A stretch of DNA of 64,000 nt from the human T2T-CHM13v2.0 reference genome, Homo sapiens (GCF_009914755.1 NC_060936.1), one strand, 5' to 3'. Shown: positions 14,190 to 28,843, counted from the stretch's first letter. A program made the numbers and translations. Notes: generated from the letters alone by a model not told the origin.

Positions 14190-14302
14190 TAAAGCTCTGT
14201 CTGGGAAGTGATGTTATCTTGTTCATTAGGGAGTCTCCAGTCTTCAGAAGAGTTCTTGCCACATCGTAGGCATCCAATATAAATTGATCAAATGAATGAA
14301 TT
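14190..14302 (+). mobile_element. L2 3' end
   Basis: cttgccacatcgtaggcatccaatataaattgatcaaatgaatgaat. Confidence 0.6.
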
Positions 14303-14821
14303 AATTTTATGCCCAATGCTGATATTTCATATTTGGTAAATACCTTTATTGAAACACCAAAATGAGTTTTGAAGCATTTCAGCATCATATGTGCAATATG
14401 AGAAGTTGTTACCCTTAGACATAGATATTTTTTCTTGGGGTCCCATGACGATAAGATAAATAAACTGCACAATAATTTGACTATAGAACTTCATTTCTCT
14501 TGATTCAGTTCTAAAACAGCTTCTAAGTTTTCAACTTTATTTAGTAGGAACTCTGGATCAATATTAACCATAAGAATTTTATACTCAGGGTATGTAGATT
14601 ACAGCCACCCATGTATACAATAAGCACAATAAGCAAACAAACAAAAAAGAAAATGAGGAGAGCAGAGAAATCATAGCAAAACGTGCATAGCTCAAAAAAG
14701 AAAAAAAGGACTCTTTCTTTCTTTCTCTCTCTCTCTCCTTTGAAAGAAATTCTATTATTCCATGGCCCATCATTACATTTTATTTATAAACAATATTTTT
14801 AAGACTAAATTATTCAAATGT

Positions 14822-15128
14822 TATTTATTTGTTTATTTTTAGACAAGGCCTCACTCTGTTGCCCAGGCTGGATTGCAGTAGTATGATCACAGCTCATTAT
14901 AGCCTTGACCTCCTGTGTCCAAGCGATTCTTCTGCCTCAGTCTTTTGGGTAGCTGGGACGACATGTGTGCACTACCATGCCCAGTTAATTAAAAAAAAAT
15001 TTTTTTTTCTGTAGTGATGGGATCTCCCTATGTTGCAGAGACTGGTCTCAAACTCCTGGGCTCAAGCTTTCCTCCCACCTTGGTCTCCCAAAGCACTGGG
15101 ATTACAATGTGAGCTACTGTGCCTGGTC
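14822..15128 (-). mobile_element. AluJ element
   Basis: Diverged dimer with J-type features (gatcacagctcattatagccttgacctcc, ctcctgggctcaagc). Confidence 0.9.
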
Positions 15129-15559
15129 TGCTCTTTTTGATAATAATAATTTTGATTTTCTTAAAAAAATGTGATGAGCAGAAACTCAGCTAATTAGGCA
15201 AATTAGGAAACATACTAGGAATTTATTTTAGCTTTCATATTCACTCATTTTAACATATTTTCTGGACAACAGTGTTTCAATGTTACTTGATTTTGAATGT
15301 TTGTATACAGGTAAATGGAAAAAGCTAGAGAATATAAATATATAAGGAAAATGGGAGATTTAGTTTAGACGGTAGAATGAACAACAGCACATATTCTAGC
15401 AAAAACATCAAAATCACCACCATCAATTAAATGAGTATGATGCAATGGCTTAAAGAAAGAAACCTAAGTTTCCTCAGCAACTTGCAGATATGTGACATGG
15501 CTAAGAAGCCACACTGGAGACTAGAGAGATTCTGAAATTTATCAGCAATACTGCCAGAT

Positions 15560-16540
15560 TTGTCAAGAGATCTAACTGGGAATTCTCTTTTAATTAAGGA
15601 GTGGTAGAAGCAGCACTGGGAAAAAGCTGAAGAAACAGAGGCATGCACAGCAGGGCTGATACTGGAAGAGAAGAGAACGTGCAGTCAGAGGGCTGACCCA
15701 AAGGCTGAGGTGAACTTCTACAGGAATGGAAATGTTCTCCAATAATATGGATTGAGCTCTCACACCAAACATTTGATGAAATCTTAGAAATGAGAGCATA
15801 GCCCAGATATTACAAGACGGTCCATCAGCTGAGTTCTGCTCTCAGCCCATTAGGCTCTCAAGCCATAGGAAATTATGGATAGAACACAAAATGCCTCATC
15901 TTCAAACCACAACTGTGGAGGGTACAACAAACAGTTTTGAGATAGGGCAGAAAGAAGCCAAGGAGAAAATCTGGACCAAACTGCCCAAGTGTGAGTAAAA
16001 TAGAAGGAAAATGAATGGAATTGATGACTGAAAACAATAGAAGACAATCAAAATCGTAGCACAGAAAGAAAATATCCAGCCTAGGAGAAAGTGTAACTCC
16101 AAAACAAAGAAATGTACCACAAGCACTTAATAGGAAGATATCAATTAAATAATGAATACCCAGGGATGAGATAATTTTTGAAAAGCAACAAAAAACCCAC
16201 TAATAAATAGAAAATCACAGGCCTAAAGGCAATAAATTTGAAGACCAAAACATCTTCACTGAAGGAAAGTAGAAACAGCAAAGAACAGAATATATTCTTA
16301 AAATAAAGTTTCCAACTTAAAAGGAAGACTTGTGATAGTCACAGAATATATGGTTGGAAAGGAAAAGATTTAAGTGATTAGAATGAAACTAATAGATATG
16401 GAGAACAGGCAAAAATAATTCAGTTAAGGGTAACTGAGGTCCCTGAAATAGAGACCTTAATAAATGCAAGAGGAAACATTTAAGAAGTATTTAATATGAG
16501 AATTCCTCACAACGCAGAAAGATTTTAACTGTACACAGGG
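15560..16540 (+). mobile_element. Ancient L1M 5'/ORF1-region relic
   Basis: A-rich; aatagatatggagaacaggc...aactgaggtccctgaa resembles the L1 ORF1 D-x-E-x-R...GVPE region. Confidence 0.5.
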
Positions 16541-16734
16541 AGACTATACCAGTTTCTAGGAGATTGCTCAACATGGAGACGTTCTGCACTCAGTTTGGCA
16601 TGGCTGGCATCTTGGGAGCATTCCTGTCTTGGATTAGGTGTTACCCACTAAGAGAGTTCTTGGACCATGCAATCCAATAACCTCCCTAGTTGTTTTCTTT
16701 CATATCATTAAGGGTTTTTGCTTGTTTGTTATTT

Positions 16735-16945
16735 TTTATTTTATTTTTATTTTTTTTTTGAGATGGAGTCTCGTTCTGTTGCCCAGGCTGGATTGTAGTG
16801 GTGTGATCTCAGATCACTGCAACCTCTGTCTCTTGGGTTCAAGTGATCTCGGCTCACTGCAACCTCCAGCCCCCTGGGTTTAAGTGATCCTGCCTCAGTC
16901 TCCCGAGTAGCTGGGATTACAGGCGTGCGCCACAACGCCTGGCTA
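16735..16945 (-). mobile_element. Alu right arm only, with a ~40-bp internal duplication
   Basis: T tail, then gagatggagtctcg...gcctggcta; left monomer absent. Confidence 0.9.
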
Positions 16946-17439
16946 TGTTCTGTTTTATTTTTATTATATGTTCACCATCTGAAAAATCTGTACAAATTAT
17001 AATTACAAAAAGAGTTGAAATTTTATAAAATTTGAAAATGTATAAAATAAAAATGAACAAAAATCTGGTGGGGTAATATGTTCATCTTTGACATCAAGGA
17101 CTTTATTAATATTGTCTTAAATTTAAAAATGCAGTGAAAATATCTATAACCCACTTAATATTTTCAATAATCTTTGTCTTTTCTAACTTAAAGGAATGTT
17201 TAAAAATAATACAATTTGTGATTTTAAAAAACCCACTAAACACCTTGTATGCCACATTAAATGGAGTTTGGAGTGATAAAGCAAAAAAAAAGAAACCCAC
17301 TTAGTCTTATTTTGTGCCAATATAAGATGATATTTATAGCAATATTACAAATTTGTAAATCAACATGAAGCAAAAATACCATTTGAATTAAGAGTTGCTA
17401 GTGCTTCAGAGATTTGGCACATATGTTATTTCTGCCAAG

Positions 17440-17872
17440 AATATTCTGGCCTCAAATATTTGCATGGCTTGCTCTCTTATCTTTGTTAGGTATTTATGAT
17501 GTTACTGACTCATTGAGGCCTTCTTGAGATGTCTAAAATCACAACCTCAAATGCATCTATACTTGACATTCCCTGTTTCTCTGCTTTACTTTCCTCCTTA
17601 AGACAAAACTATTTTTTATAGGATTCATACTATTCTCTAGTATTAATTTAGTATAAATTATAGAATGCATCCTGTTTGCTGTATGTGTCTCATCTAACAT
17701 ACATGTATTTTACTTACACATCTTGTGTATGGTTTGCCTTTCTTCCCTTACAGCATAAGCTCCACATGGGCAGGAATTCTCATCTGTTTTCTTCACTATT
17801 GTCCTCAGTGTCTAGAACAGGGCCTTTCACATAGTAGTCAGTAAAGCAAATACTTGTTTAATAAATGAATGA
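17440..17872 (+). mobile_element. L2 fragments including 3' end
   Basis: taagctccacatgggcaggaatt...cacatagtagtcagtaaa...ataaatgaatga. Confidence 0.65.
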
Positions 17873-18429
17873 CTCAAAAATAAATAGAAATTCGTGAGCA
17901 CAATGGAACACCATTCTATTAGCTGCTATACTTAATCCCTTTTTAACTTACTTAAAACTTGAGAGATACAAGTAAATAGATATAACATAATAATTGAAGT
18001 TTGAGGATTTATTTTTCAATCAGGTATGTGCAGGCAGATATTTCTACAAACTCCTGGCAGCTTTGGTTCTCAGAGGCTTGGAAGCATTTACACTTCTTGA
18101 TTTGCTGTATCTTTGCTGCAAAGCACTCACATCTGCCTCTACCTAGCATCAGAGAGATATGGAGCCAAAATAATTTATAATAAAATATTATAAGATGAAG
18201 TCTCAGTCTTTGGTCTTGCCTTTTGGGTGTCCAGTTGACTCTAAAGCAACTGCATTTTGCTGGATTAATGCAGTGAAACTGTAGGGGATGTGGAAATGTG
18301 AACTTATTTTGACAGAGCACCACTATTTTCTAGGCATGCTTTCGATAATACATATAAAGCACTGAGCATAGGGTTTGCTATACAGCTACAGTTCAATACA
18401 TTTTCATGTATCTTCATTATTATCACAGT

Positions 18430-19120
18430 TCCAGTCATCTCTCACATTGAATAGACCTTCTGATTTTTCTTCTCACTCCCACTTTGATGCTCTTCCAATA
18501 TCTTCTCCACATTCATGCCAAAGTGATCTTTGAGTAACTCAAATCTGACCATACTTAAAATATTGACTAGCTTCTCTTTGGCTGGAGGGTGAAGACCAAA
18601 ATGTTAATGACCTACAAGCCATCATAGTTTGACCCCTACCTGCCTCTAAAACCTCATAATATACCAGGCTTTCCTGGCCTCTGTGCTCCAGGCACATTGG
18701 TCCTCTTTCCGTTCCTCAAATGTGCCATGCTGTCCCCATCACAGGCTCTTTGCACATGCTGTTTTCTCTGAGAACACTCTTCCCCTCTACTTCACCAACA
18801 AATCTTCCTCTTCCTTTAGATCTCAATTCAAACCAATGACCTCAGTAAAGCATTCAGGCATCCCTAAGTAGATCAAATCCCCCATCCCACTCCCCACGCA
18901 CAACGTGGATGGCCACTTTCGTAGTTGTGCAATGCAGCAGCTCTGACTTCTCTGTAAGATTTCGCAGTCATATCTGCAAATTATCAGTGGGATCCTTTGA
19001 TTAGGTCTCTTTCCTCACTAAACCATGAGCTCCTTGAGGGCAAGTGGTGAGTCTTTTCCACGATTAAATCACAGGGTCTTCCCAGTGCCTGTCCTAATAA
19101 GCAGGCTTGTGTTGAATAAT
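18430..19120 (+). mobile_element. L2 3' region
   Basis: gccaaagtgatcttt...aaatctgacc, ctttgcacatgctgtt, gagctccttgagggcaag, cccagtgcctg. Confidence 0.7.
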
Positions 19121-19221
19121 TATCATCATGATCACTATCCCCATCAACATCATCATTATTACCATCTCATTCCTGGGGAGACATCTTTCTTATGATGTAC
19201 CCCTAGAGCCTACCTTCTCTT

Positions 19222-20143
19222 TTTTTTTTTTCTTTTATTATTATACTTTAAGTTTTAGGGTACATGTGCATATTGTGCAGGTTAGTTACATATGTATACA
19301 TGTGCCATGCTGGTGCGCTGCACCCACTAACTTGTCATCTAGCATTAGGTATATCTCCCAATGCTATTCCTCCCCCCACCACCCCACAACAGTCCCCAGA
19401 GTGTGATGTTCCCCTTCCTGTGTCCATGTGACCTCATTGTTCAATTCCCACCTGTGAGTGAGAATATGCGGTGTTTGGTTTTTTGTTCTTGCGATAGTTT
19501 ACTGAGAATGATGATTTCCAATTTCATCCACGTCCCTACAAAGGACATGAACTCATCATTTTTTATGGCTGCATAGTATTCCATGGTGTATATGTGCCAC
19601 ATTTTCTTAATCCAGTCTATCATTGTTGGACATTTGGGTTGGTTCCAAGTCTTTGCTATTGTGAATAGTGCCGCAATAAACATACGTGTGCATGTGTCTT
19701 TATAGCAGCATGATTTATAGTCCTTTGGGTATATACCCAGTAATGGGATGGCTGGGTCAAATGCTATTTCTAGTTCTAGATCCCTGAGGAATCGCCACAC
19801 TGACTTCCACAATGGTTGAACTAGTTTACAGTCCCACCAACAGTGTAAAAGTGTTCCTATTTCTCCACATCCTCTCCAGCACCTGTTGTTTCCTGACTTT
19901 TTAATGATTGCCATTCTAACTGGTGTGAGATGGTATCTCATTGTGGTTTTGATTTGCATTTCTCTGATGGCCAGTGATGATGAGCATTTTTTCATGTGTT
20001 TTTTGGCTGCATAAATGTCTTCTTTTGAGAAGTGTCTGTTCATGTCCTTTGCCCACTTTTTGATGGGGTTGTTTGTTTTTTTCTTGTAAATTTGTTTGAG
20101 TTCATTGTAGATTCTGGATATTAGCCCTTTGTCAGATGAGTAG
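19222..20143 (-). mobile_element. Young L1 (L1PA2/PA3-like) 3' ~920 bp
   Basis: Near-consensus ORF2 C-terminus ([17 protein letters not shown]...HRIFSL) and 3'UTR ggtgcgctgcacccactaac; lacks the Ta ACA diagnostic. Confidence 0.95.
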
Positions 20144-20455
<312 letters not shown>

Positions 20456-22419
20456 GAGCCTGCCTTCTCTTAAAACTAGCTCCAACGGAACTAGCAGACC
20501 TTGATCGTTGCATTTATATAATAGTAATTGCCCTGACTCTTAACATGTGGCCCGATCAATTCTAACTTGCATTTTTGAATTCTGCCTAGATTACACCAAG
20601 TGGAGGTAATTTCTATCCTTTGAACCTTTTGAAGTCCTCACATGCTATAGTAATTTGTGTATTTTCAATTCCTTCTACTGAAATTTAAATTCCTTAGAGG
20701 TAAGAGCTGGCCCGTACTTATCTTTGAATACTCTGTAGTACCAAACGTTATCCCTTAAATGTAGTTCAGTAAGTATCTATTGAAGTAAATGGTTGTTTTA
20801 ACTCAATTTCTCTCTGATTCTGTTTGAGTCTGTTCTTAATCCCTCTACTTCTGTGTTTTAACAATTTTTTTTTTTTTACTAACTTTCTTCAAGGAGCTAC
20901 ACCTTTCCATTTTGTAAACATCTTAAACATAATAAGATCTTTAAAATACAGGATACCAAAATGTTAAATATATACAAACAAAACATATACTTAAATATAT
21001 AGAAACAAAAAACCCCTCATCCTATCACAGAGTACTTCAAGTTTAAGTAAAACGATAGAAATCTTCAATTCTGAAAAGAAATTGAAAGTAAAGTAATTGA
21101 TCAAGATAGAAAAAAAAAGGCCTAAGGCTATGAAAATAGAGTTAAGAGAAATAGGAAAATGCCTTGAAAGCAATGAGAGTACCACAATAAAATTGTATGA
21201 AGGCTGTTCCACAGTCTTCCTTCTAGGCCTTGCTTAGAGATGTGTATCTTTAATTAAAATCTATACTTTGCATACTCCTCAAATCTATACCTTGCAAATA
21301 TAGCCTTTTTTTTTTTTGTGGCAACAAAAAACTCCAGGAGAGAGTAATGTGTGCCAGGGACTGGGCAAGAGATCCACCCAGCAACAAAGTCAAAAAGAAA
21401 AATTTGGAGAGTTTTTAACATCCAACAAAATGGTGCATATAGGTTTTCTTGAAGAAACAGACTTATTCCATGGTTTGAATTGTAAGAGTAGTTTATAAGG
21501 GAAATGTCTTAAGGTGATGGTCAATAATTTATTACTGTTTTGCAAAGAAACAGAAAAAGCCTTCAAAAGCCTACTTTCTCTGTCTCTCTTAGGTTCAATC
21601 ACAACTTAGTTTTTTTCTCAAAGGCATTTCTCAGGGGCATTCTTTTGTTTGTTTGTTTGTTTTGCATTACTTTATTCAATTCAGGTTTGGAGCTCAGAGA
21701 ACCCAGAGGAATGGATTTTGATATGTCCTTTTCATTTTTACTCTCTAAAAACATCAGAGATTTTAAGCCACCTTTTGATAGGTGCTGGATCAAAGTTACT
21801 TCCAATTTTAATTTTCTGATTTGTCCCTGAATTGTTGTCATTTTGATTTGTTTATTAGGAGAGCATGCATCACTTTAGATTCAAACACATGGGCAACCAA
21901 GTCTACATGTTTTTGTAAAAAATCAGAGTTTGGATTAGCTCACAGAAGTAACATACTCTTGCAGGTATACCAGGGGGCTAATTATAGGTGAGATCAGATT
22001 ATGTTCCCCCAAATCAGTTTTGAATCTGTTCAAAGGCATGGACAAATACTTAGACCCCAGTTTGCTGTGCCAACAGGCATATAGATAACGATTTTGTTCT
22101 GAAACAAGTGTAACACTTGTTAGCACCTTGGCCTTACATCTGTCCATTAAGAACCTTCGAGACAGTGGAAGTAGACTGATTTTGAGTGGAACCATATTCT
22201 GACAGGTCCTATAAGATGTTGACTCTAAAATTTATATTCCCAGCTTTTCATATGGCTTACCACATAAAACAAATTTACTACTGCCGCCTTAAAACAGAAG
22301 AATGCCTACTAAATATGACTTTAGTTTTAATACCAAGAAACACAGTTTAACTGTGTCAAATACAGTTAAACTGTTTTCTCACTGTATTAAATCAATAGGG
22401 TCAGTTATTTTTAAAGACA

Positions 22420-22640
22420 CATTTGGCATTAGAATATGAGACTTTAATTCCTTGTTCTGACACCTTCTGGTTGTGTGAGACTAGAAAAAAAATCTGTTAA
22501 TGCCTTTATTACCTCAATTACCTCATCTCTAAGATGTGGAATATCTGTCATACATATTTCAATGGCTTTCTGAGAGAGTGCATCAAATGACATAATGTAT
22601 TCTGTAGCTCTATGAAACTGTTAAACCATATTCAAATATT
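22420..22640 (+). mobile_element. MIR
   Basis: cctcaattacctcatctctaagatgtggaata matches the MIR core. Confidence 0.55.
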
Positions 22641-23109
22641 CATAACAAATTATTTTATGGGTTTTTATATACATTATTTAACTATCCAGAAAGCTTTCTG
22701 AAAGCAAAAAATACGTGTTTCAGAATTTTTCTTGGGATGGCTAAACTGTTTTTTAAAATGTGCTGCAATGATATGTGTTTAGAGAGAAAATCTCTCCAAA
22801 GGTCTACTTGATTGGACTTTGTACCCACTTCATTTTAAGATTAACTTGTAGTAGAGACTCCTACTCTGGTATAACCTTCTTAACTGTGTAATGTCATTTT
22901 TCTGTTATGGGTTCATCAGAATAGGGGATAGTTATGTGGAAGATTCACATTGATTCAAGGGAAAAAATGGTGTCTGTTGAGATTAAGTTGAGAGTAAGGA
23001 GCAGCCCGCTACCCTCACTGCCTTGTCTCACAGATCTGTGAGCTCTCACAGAAAAGCATCACAGAAGTGACACAAAGTAAGTGCTCAGAAGTAGGACAGA
23101 TGTCATTCC

Positions 23110-23410
<301 letters not shown>

Positions 23411-25417
23411 TCATAATGCATGAATTTGCTGAATTTCTGGAAAATGGCTTTAAGTTCGAAAAATCACTAAAAGGAAGCCTCAGGGTATTTTATTATTTGT
23501 GAGCTGTACATTTCAGCTCATTTTATATAACAAATGCCTATTTCTCAAATGCAGTTGGAAGGATATAGAGCTTCAGTTTGAATTTAAATTACTGCAATAT
23601 TTTAAAATCAGTATAGAAAATAATATGATTGCAAAATAGTCAATAAAGTAAAACATGTTACCTTCATTTTGAGACGAACTTTTTTAAAAATGTAATATTT
23701 GCATGGGACAATTTACATTTCCACTTCCTAAATGATTCAGTCACTTATGAAAGTGATTCCATATCTATTTTAGGTGATTTCCACATGCATATAATTTCAG
23801 GCCTTTCAGTGAATAAATAAAACTTTCTAGTAGTTTTAAAGTCTATACTTAAAGCCATCAGTTTTTACTTACCAATGTGCCACTAATTGGACGGCTACTT
23901 TTGTGTATGTAAGTTTTAATTATAGGAAAAGTAGTCAGAGCTCTACATCTTAAAGATACTTAATTTAAAAGAAAAAAGATTTTTTTAAAATCTTTTACAA
24001 TCTACACTGCCCACTTGGCAAATAGAAGGCAGAATAAACTAATGAAGGGTTATAACTCAATTCATCACTGAGAAGTTATCTGTTAAAGATCTTATTACAA
24101 AACACTCTTCTAAATATCTGGAGTACTTTCCTTATAGTTGCTTAAACACCAACAATCAACCTACAGATTGAAGTAGAAATTCCTTCACAGGAATTCCTGA
24201 AAGGAATGAGTTTTAGCTATAAAGTAACTTTTAACACTTAAAAATATTATGTACAAAACCATTAAGTGGCTCATTTTAACTACTTCTCTTTATATAGGTT
24301 GGTTAAAAGAAAAAAAAATACATTCTTGAAAAAATTCAGTTTGTTTTGAAGTGAAAAGTAGGGTTCCTAAATGCCTTAATGCCATTTTCCCCTTGAGGGA
24401 TTACAGTAAGTTAATAAAAATCAATTGAAAGCTATTACTGAACTATGATCTTAACTTGAATATAGAGATCTTAAAAATATATTGCAAGTTTTGATTGTGG
24501 GCAAAGGAAAAAGAAAGATGAAATTAGGGCCTAAAACATGGTAAATATTGAAAAGAAAAAAGTATCTGATGATTGCTTTAATTTTAAAAATTCAAGTCAA
24601 CAAAACATTTTAAGCTCACACTAAATAGACACAATAGAATGCCAGGCATTCTTGAGCAGGGATGTGGAAAAGGAATTACAATTGTATTCTTTAACTTTTT
24701 CCACATTTTTCAAGGCTAATTACTTCCTTTCATTTAAATCTCAAAGAAGGTAGAGACAAGGCCATCGATAGTAGGAGGAGGGTGGGTAAAGACTGGGAAG
24801 GGTGCTTTGACAGAGAAAGCAGTTAAAACTTGATGAGACAGAAATGGGCATGAAGTAGTTATTCTGAAGAGTGGAGTAAGAAAAACATTCTAAGGAATGG
24901 TAGCTCTGCTTGCCCTTTTGAGATTTGTGCTCATGAATTTAAAGAGTGACCAGTCAGTGCAGTTGTATGTTTTTCCTCCAGCCACAATCAGCTGCTCAGG
25001 AGCAGAATGGAAGCCAAAGATTACATCTGACCCAGGCCTGGGCTTTTGCTGGGCAATATGATATTTGGAGAAAGAGCAAGAAAGTTAGGGTATTCATAAA
25101 GGTGTGTTTAGAATGATTAACCAATCAAAGTGGTATTATTGATGAACCTTGAAATCAAGCTGGGTATTAGAAAAGTGCTTAGATAAAATAATATGTTCAA
25201 CAAAGTTAAACAATTAATGAAGTGAAGATACTATGGCATATGAGATGAAACGTCAGGAAGTGGTGGCCGAAAGGTAGAATGCTTTAAAGTGAAATTTAGG
25301 GAGTGATGTAGTTATAGGTGAGGATAAGGTCAAGGTTATGACCACAGGTGTGAGTCACTAAGGTAGAATGAAGGAGGTGAGAAGGTCAAAGAACTGGAAG
25401 AACAGAGTATTGTTTGG

Positions 25418-25806
25418 TGCTATGGTTTGAATGTGTCACTCAAAGTTCATATGTTGGAAACTGAATTTCTAATGCAACAGTGTTGGGAGATAAGGCCCAA
25501 CAGGAGGTGATTAGGTCATGAGGATCCTGCCCTCATGAATGAATTGATGTCATTTTCTCGGAGTAGGTGTGTTATCCTGAGGGTGTGCTTGTATAAAAGA
25601 AAGTTTGGCCCCTTCTTGCTCTTGTGCTCACTTGCCCTTCTAACTTCTGCCATGGGATGAAGCACATAGCACGAAGGCCCTTACCACATGTGGACCCCTT
25701 GACCTTGGACTTCCCAGCTTCCGGAACGGTAAGAAATAAATTTCTTTTCACTAAAATTACCCAGTATGTGGTATTCTGTTATAGCAACACAAAACAGACT
25801 AAAACA
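25418..25806 (+). mobile_element. ERVL-MaLR solo LTR (MST family), inserted into an L2 relic
   Basis: TG...CA ends (tgctatggtttgaatgtgtc ... acagactaaaaca), internal aataaa, 5-bp TSD tttgg/ttcgg. Confidence 0.9.
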
Positions 25807-26341
25807 TTCGGGTTATCCACTTGCATACTGAATGAGCCAAGGAAGGTACGGTGGAAGAATGTCATTAACCACATGTCAGAATCTTCAATGAATGAAAGTT
25901 GACAAGGAGGGTTGGAGGGTATAAGATTCAAAGCTCAAACTCCATTTATTTTAAAAAGGCTTCCCTAACCACTAATGTTCACACTCTGTCACATTAGTCT
26001 ATTTTATTTTCCGTATAGTACTTGATGCTACAAATTATTTGTTTCCATGGATGTTGCCTGGACACCACACCCCGCCAACACCAGAAAGTAAAACTTATGA
26101 GAGCAGAGACCTTTTCAACTAGGTCACTACTATTTCTTGGGGTTTAGATAGTAGTGGGCACATCTTACACACTGATAAATGAATAAACCAATGAATAAAT
26201 AAAAGAAACTACAAATTAGACATTTACCATATGTCATGAACTGTGTGAATTATTAATAAAAAACAAAGATTTATGACATTATATTTCTTTATGAAATTTT
26301 CACTCTATAGAGGAGCTTAATTCTAGAAAAACCAACACTAG

Positions 26342-26788
<447 letters not shown>

Positions 26789-27739
26789 TAGACTAGGTCA
26801 GGCACTCTGCTATATCTTTTCATAGCACCTTCAACTCTTATCATTAAGGTAGTTAAATAATTACATAATTGGTTTTAAACGTCCGCTTACCCTCCTAAGA
26901 TGCAGAAAGAAGAGGAAGTATCTACCTTTTTTAACACTGTAAACCCAGCAGCTATTCACAGATGACTGGTCAGCCTGGCCTTTCTGTGGGACAAATAGCT
27001 AAGTGACAGAGCAGTGTGCAAGAAATGTCACATAACTGATGGAGATTTTTTAAAGATTTGTTGACAAAACAGTCATGCAATTGGAGACCTCTTGTTACGA
27101 CACTCTTTGTGCCAACAAATCTATCATGGTTTACAACCAGCTCTTTCTGTTTCATAAGAAAAGTAGTGGGTTAAGTGGCATTCCTATATTATATACCTGA
27201 GCCTTATTTATGCAGTTGTTCTGTTTGGCAAGGTTAGGGAAAAGAGATTATTTAATTCATGTTTTACTGATTCCATTTCTAGTCCCCAAATATCTCATTC
27301 TTAGAATTCATTTATTCATGGTTTCTTTTCTAATTATCTCAGTAGGCAACTTGTTTCCAGGTTTATTTTTCCTCTGCCTTACTGAAAATCCATGTTGCTA
27401 TAAATTCTGTGGACAACTGCTGTTACTTCAGTTACGAAGCAGTTAGGTGAAGGCAGATGACAGACTGGATCACGTTAACAAGGCAGCCAGAATCCATTAG
27501 CTCTCTGGTAAATTTCCCTAACAATATAGACAATGGATATACCTGCCATGGGAGTTAGTCATCACAGTGCTATTGCTTGTGGAGCAAAATGAGTTCCATG
27601 ATCATCACATTGTACTTTCTAATGACCATTATTATGTCCTCTGATCCAGCTTGATAGGCCTTTGTGACTTTGTCCAAACAGTCTTGAAATCCAGCACAAT
27701 TTTATTTGCTTTCATTAAATTAATTTTTATTAAAACATA

Positions 27740-28417
27740 CTTGAAAAATTGAAAATATTCCTATCATTCTCATAGACAGTTTGTGGGAATATAACTTGCA
27801 TACATCCTTTATGAAGGGCTTGGCAGTATCCAATGTTCATACAATTTAACTTTGCAATTTTACTTCTAGGAAATAGTTTTACAGAAACGCTTACACATTT
27901 GCACAAAAAATATACATATGAGGATTTGCATTGAAACCATTTGAAATAGTAAAAGATTGAAAACAACTGAAATGTCCACTAATAAAATAAGAGGCTGGGC
28001 GCAGTGGCTCACACCTGTAATCCCAGAACTTTGGGAGGCTGAGGGAGGCGGATCATCTGAGGTCAGGAGTTCGAGACCACCCTGGCCAACATGGCGAAAC
28101 TCCTTCTTTACTAAAAATACAAAAATTATCTGGGTGTGGTGGTGGGGGCCTGTAATCCCAGCTACTCAGGAGGCTGAGGCAGGAAAAAAAATAAAACAAG
28201 AGTTAAATATATTATGATATATTTGCATACACAAATAGAACGCTATGTTCTCAAGAACGAGACAGAACTAAATGTATTGATTGAAAGACCTCCATCTTGT
28301 AGTAAGTAGTAATAGCAAGTCATAGAACAAATAGGTACAATTTTATTATTTCATTTGCACAGCATATGGGTGTGAATTTTGCATGGGTATATAAAATATA
28401 CTGAAAGAATCTATAAG
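27740..28417 (+). mobile_element. L1ME-type 3' relic, interrupted by an Alu and partly duplicated in inverted orientation
   Basis: gcaattttacttctaggaaatagtttta, aaacaactgaaatgtccact, gttaaatatattatgatatattt. Confidence 0.7.
27993..28191 (+). mobile_element. AluSx-type element missing the last ~100 bp of its right arm
   Basis: Stops at gaggctgaggcagg plus an A run; TSD taaaa(t/c)aaga at 27983-27992 and 28192-28201. Confidence 0.9.
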
Positions 28418-28843
28418 CACACATGACAATGTCTGGAGACATTTTTGGTGGTCATAATGGGGGAGGGAGAATGTTACTGGTGTCTGGCGGCTGGGGGCAA
28501 GAGATGCTGCTAATCACTCTACAATGCACAGACCCATAACAAAGAATTATTGGGCTCCAGGTAAAAGAAAAAAAAACTGCATTAGAAGTAACCACTATGA
28601 ACTGTTTGGTGTATAAACTTATAGATTCTTTCAGTATATTTATGTACCCATGCAAAATTCACACCCATATGCTGTTCAAATGAAATAATAAAATTGTACC
28701 TATTTGTTCTATGACTTGCTATTTACTACTTACTACAAGATGGAGGTCTTTCAGTCAATACATTTAGTTCTATCTCATTCTTGAGAAGATAGCATTCTGT
28801 ATGTATATGCAAATATATCACAATTTATTTAATTCTTGTTTTA
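28192..28843. repeat. Long inverted repeat: arms 28192-28417 and 28618-28843 (226 bp each), 200-bp spacer
   Basis: Manual alignment of the left arm to the reverse complement of the right arm gives about 15 differences (about 93% identity). Confidence 0.97.
28424..28579 (+). mobile_element. MER20 (hAT-Charlie) body within the inverted-repeat spacer
   Basis: gacaatgtctggagacatttttggtggtcataat...gatgctgctaatcactctacaatgcacagac...aacaaagaattat. Confidence 0.88.

Noticed and set aside
28192-28843. Reading the inverted repeat as the TIRs of a novel DNA transposon/MITE
   Set aside because: The arms are L1ME-derived, no TSD flanks the unit, and the split MER20 is better explained by a local rearrangement.
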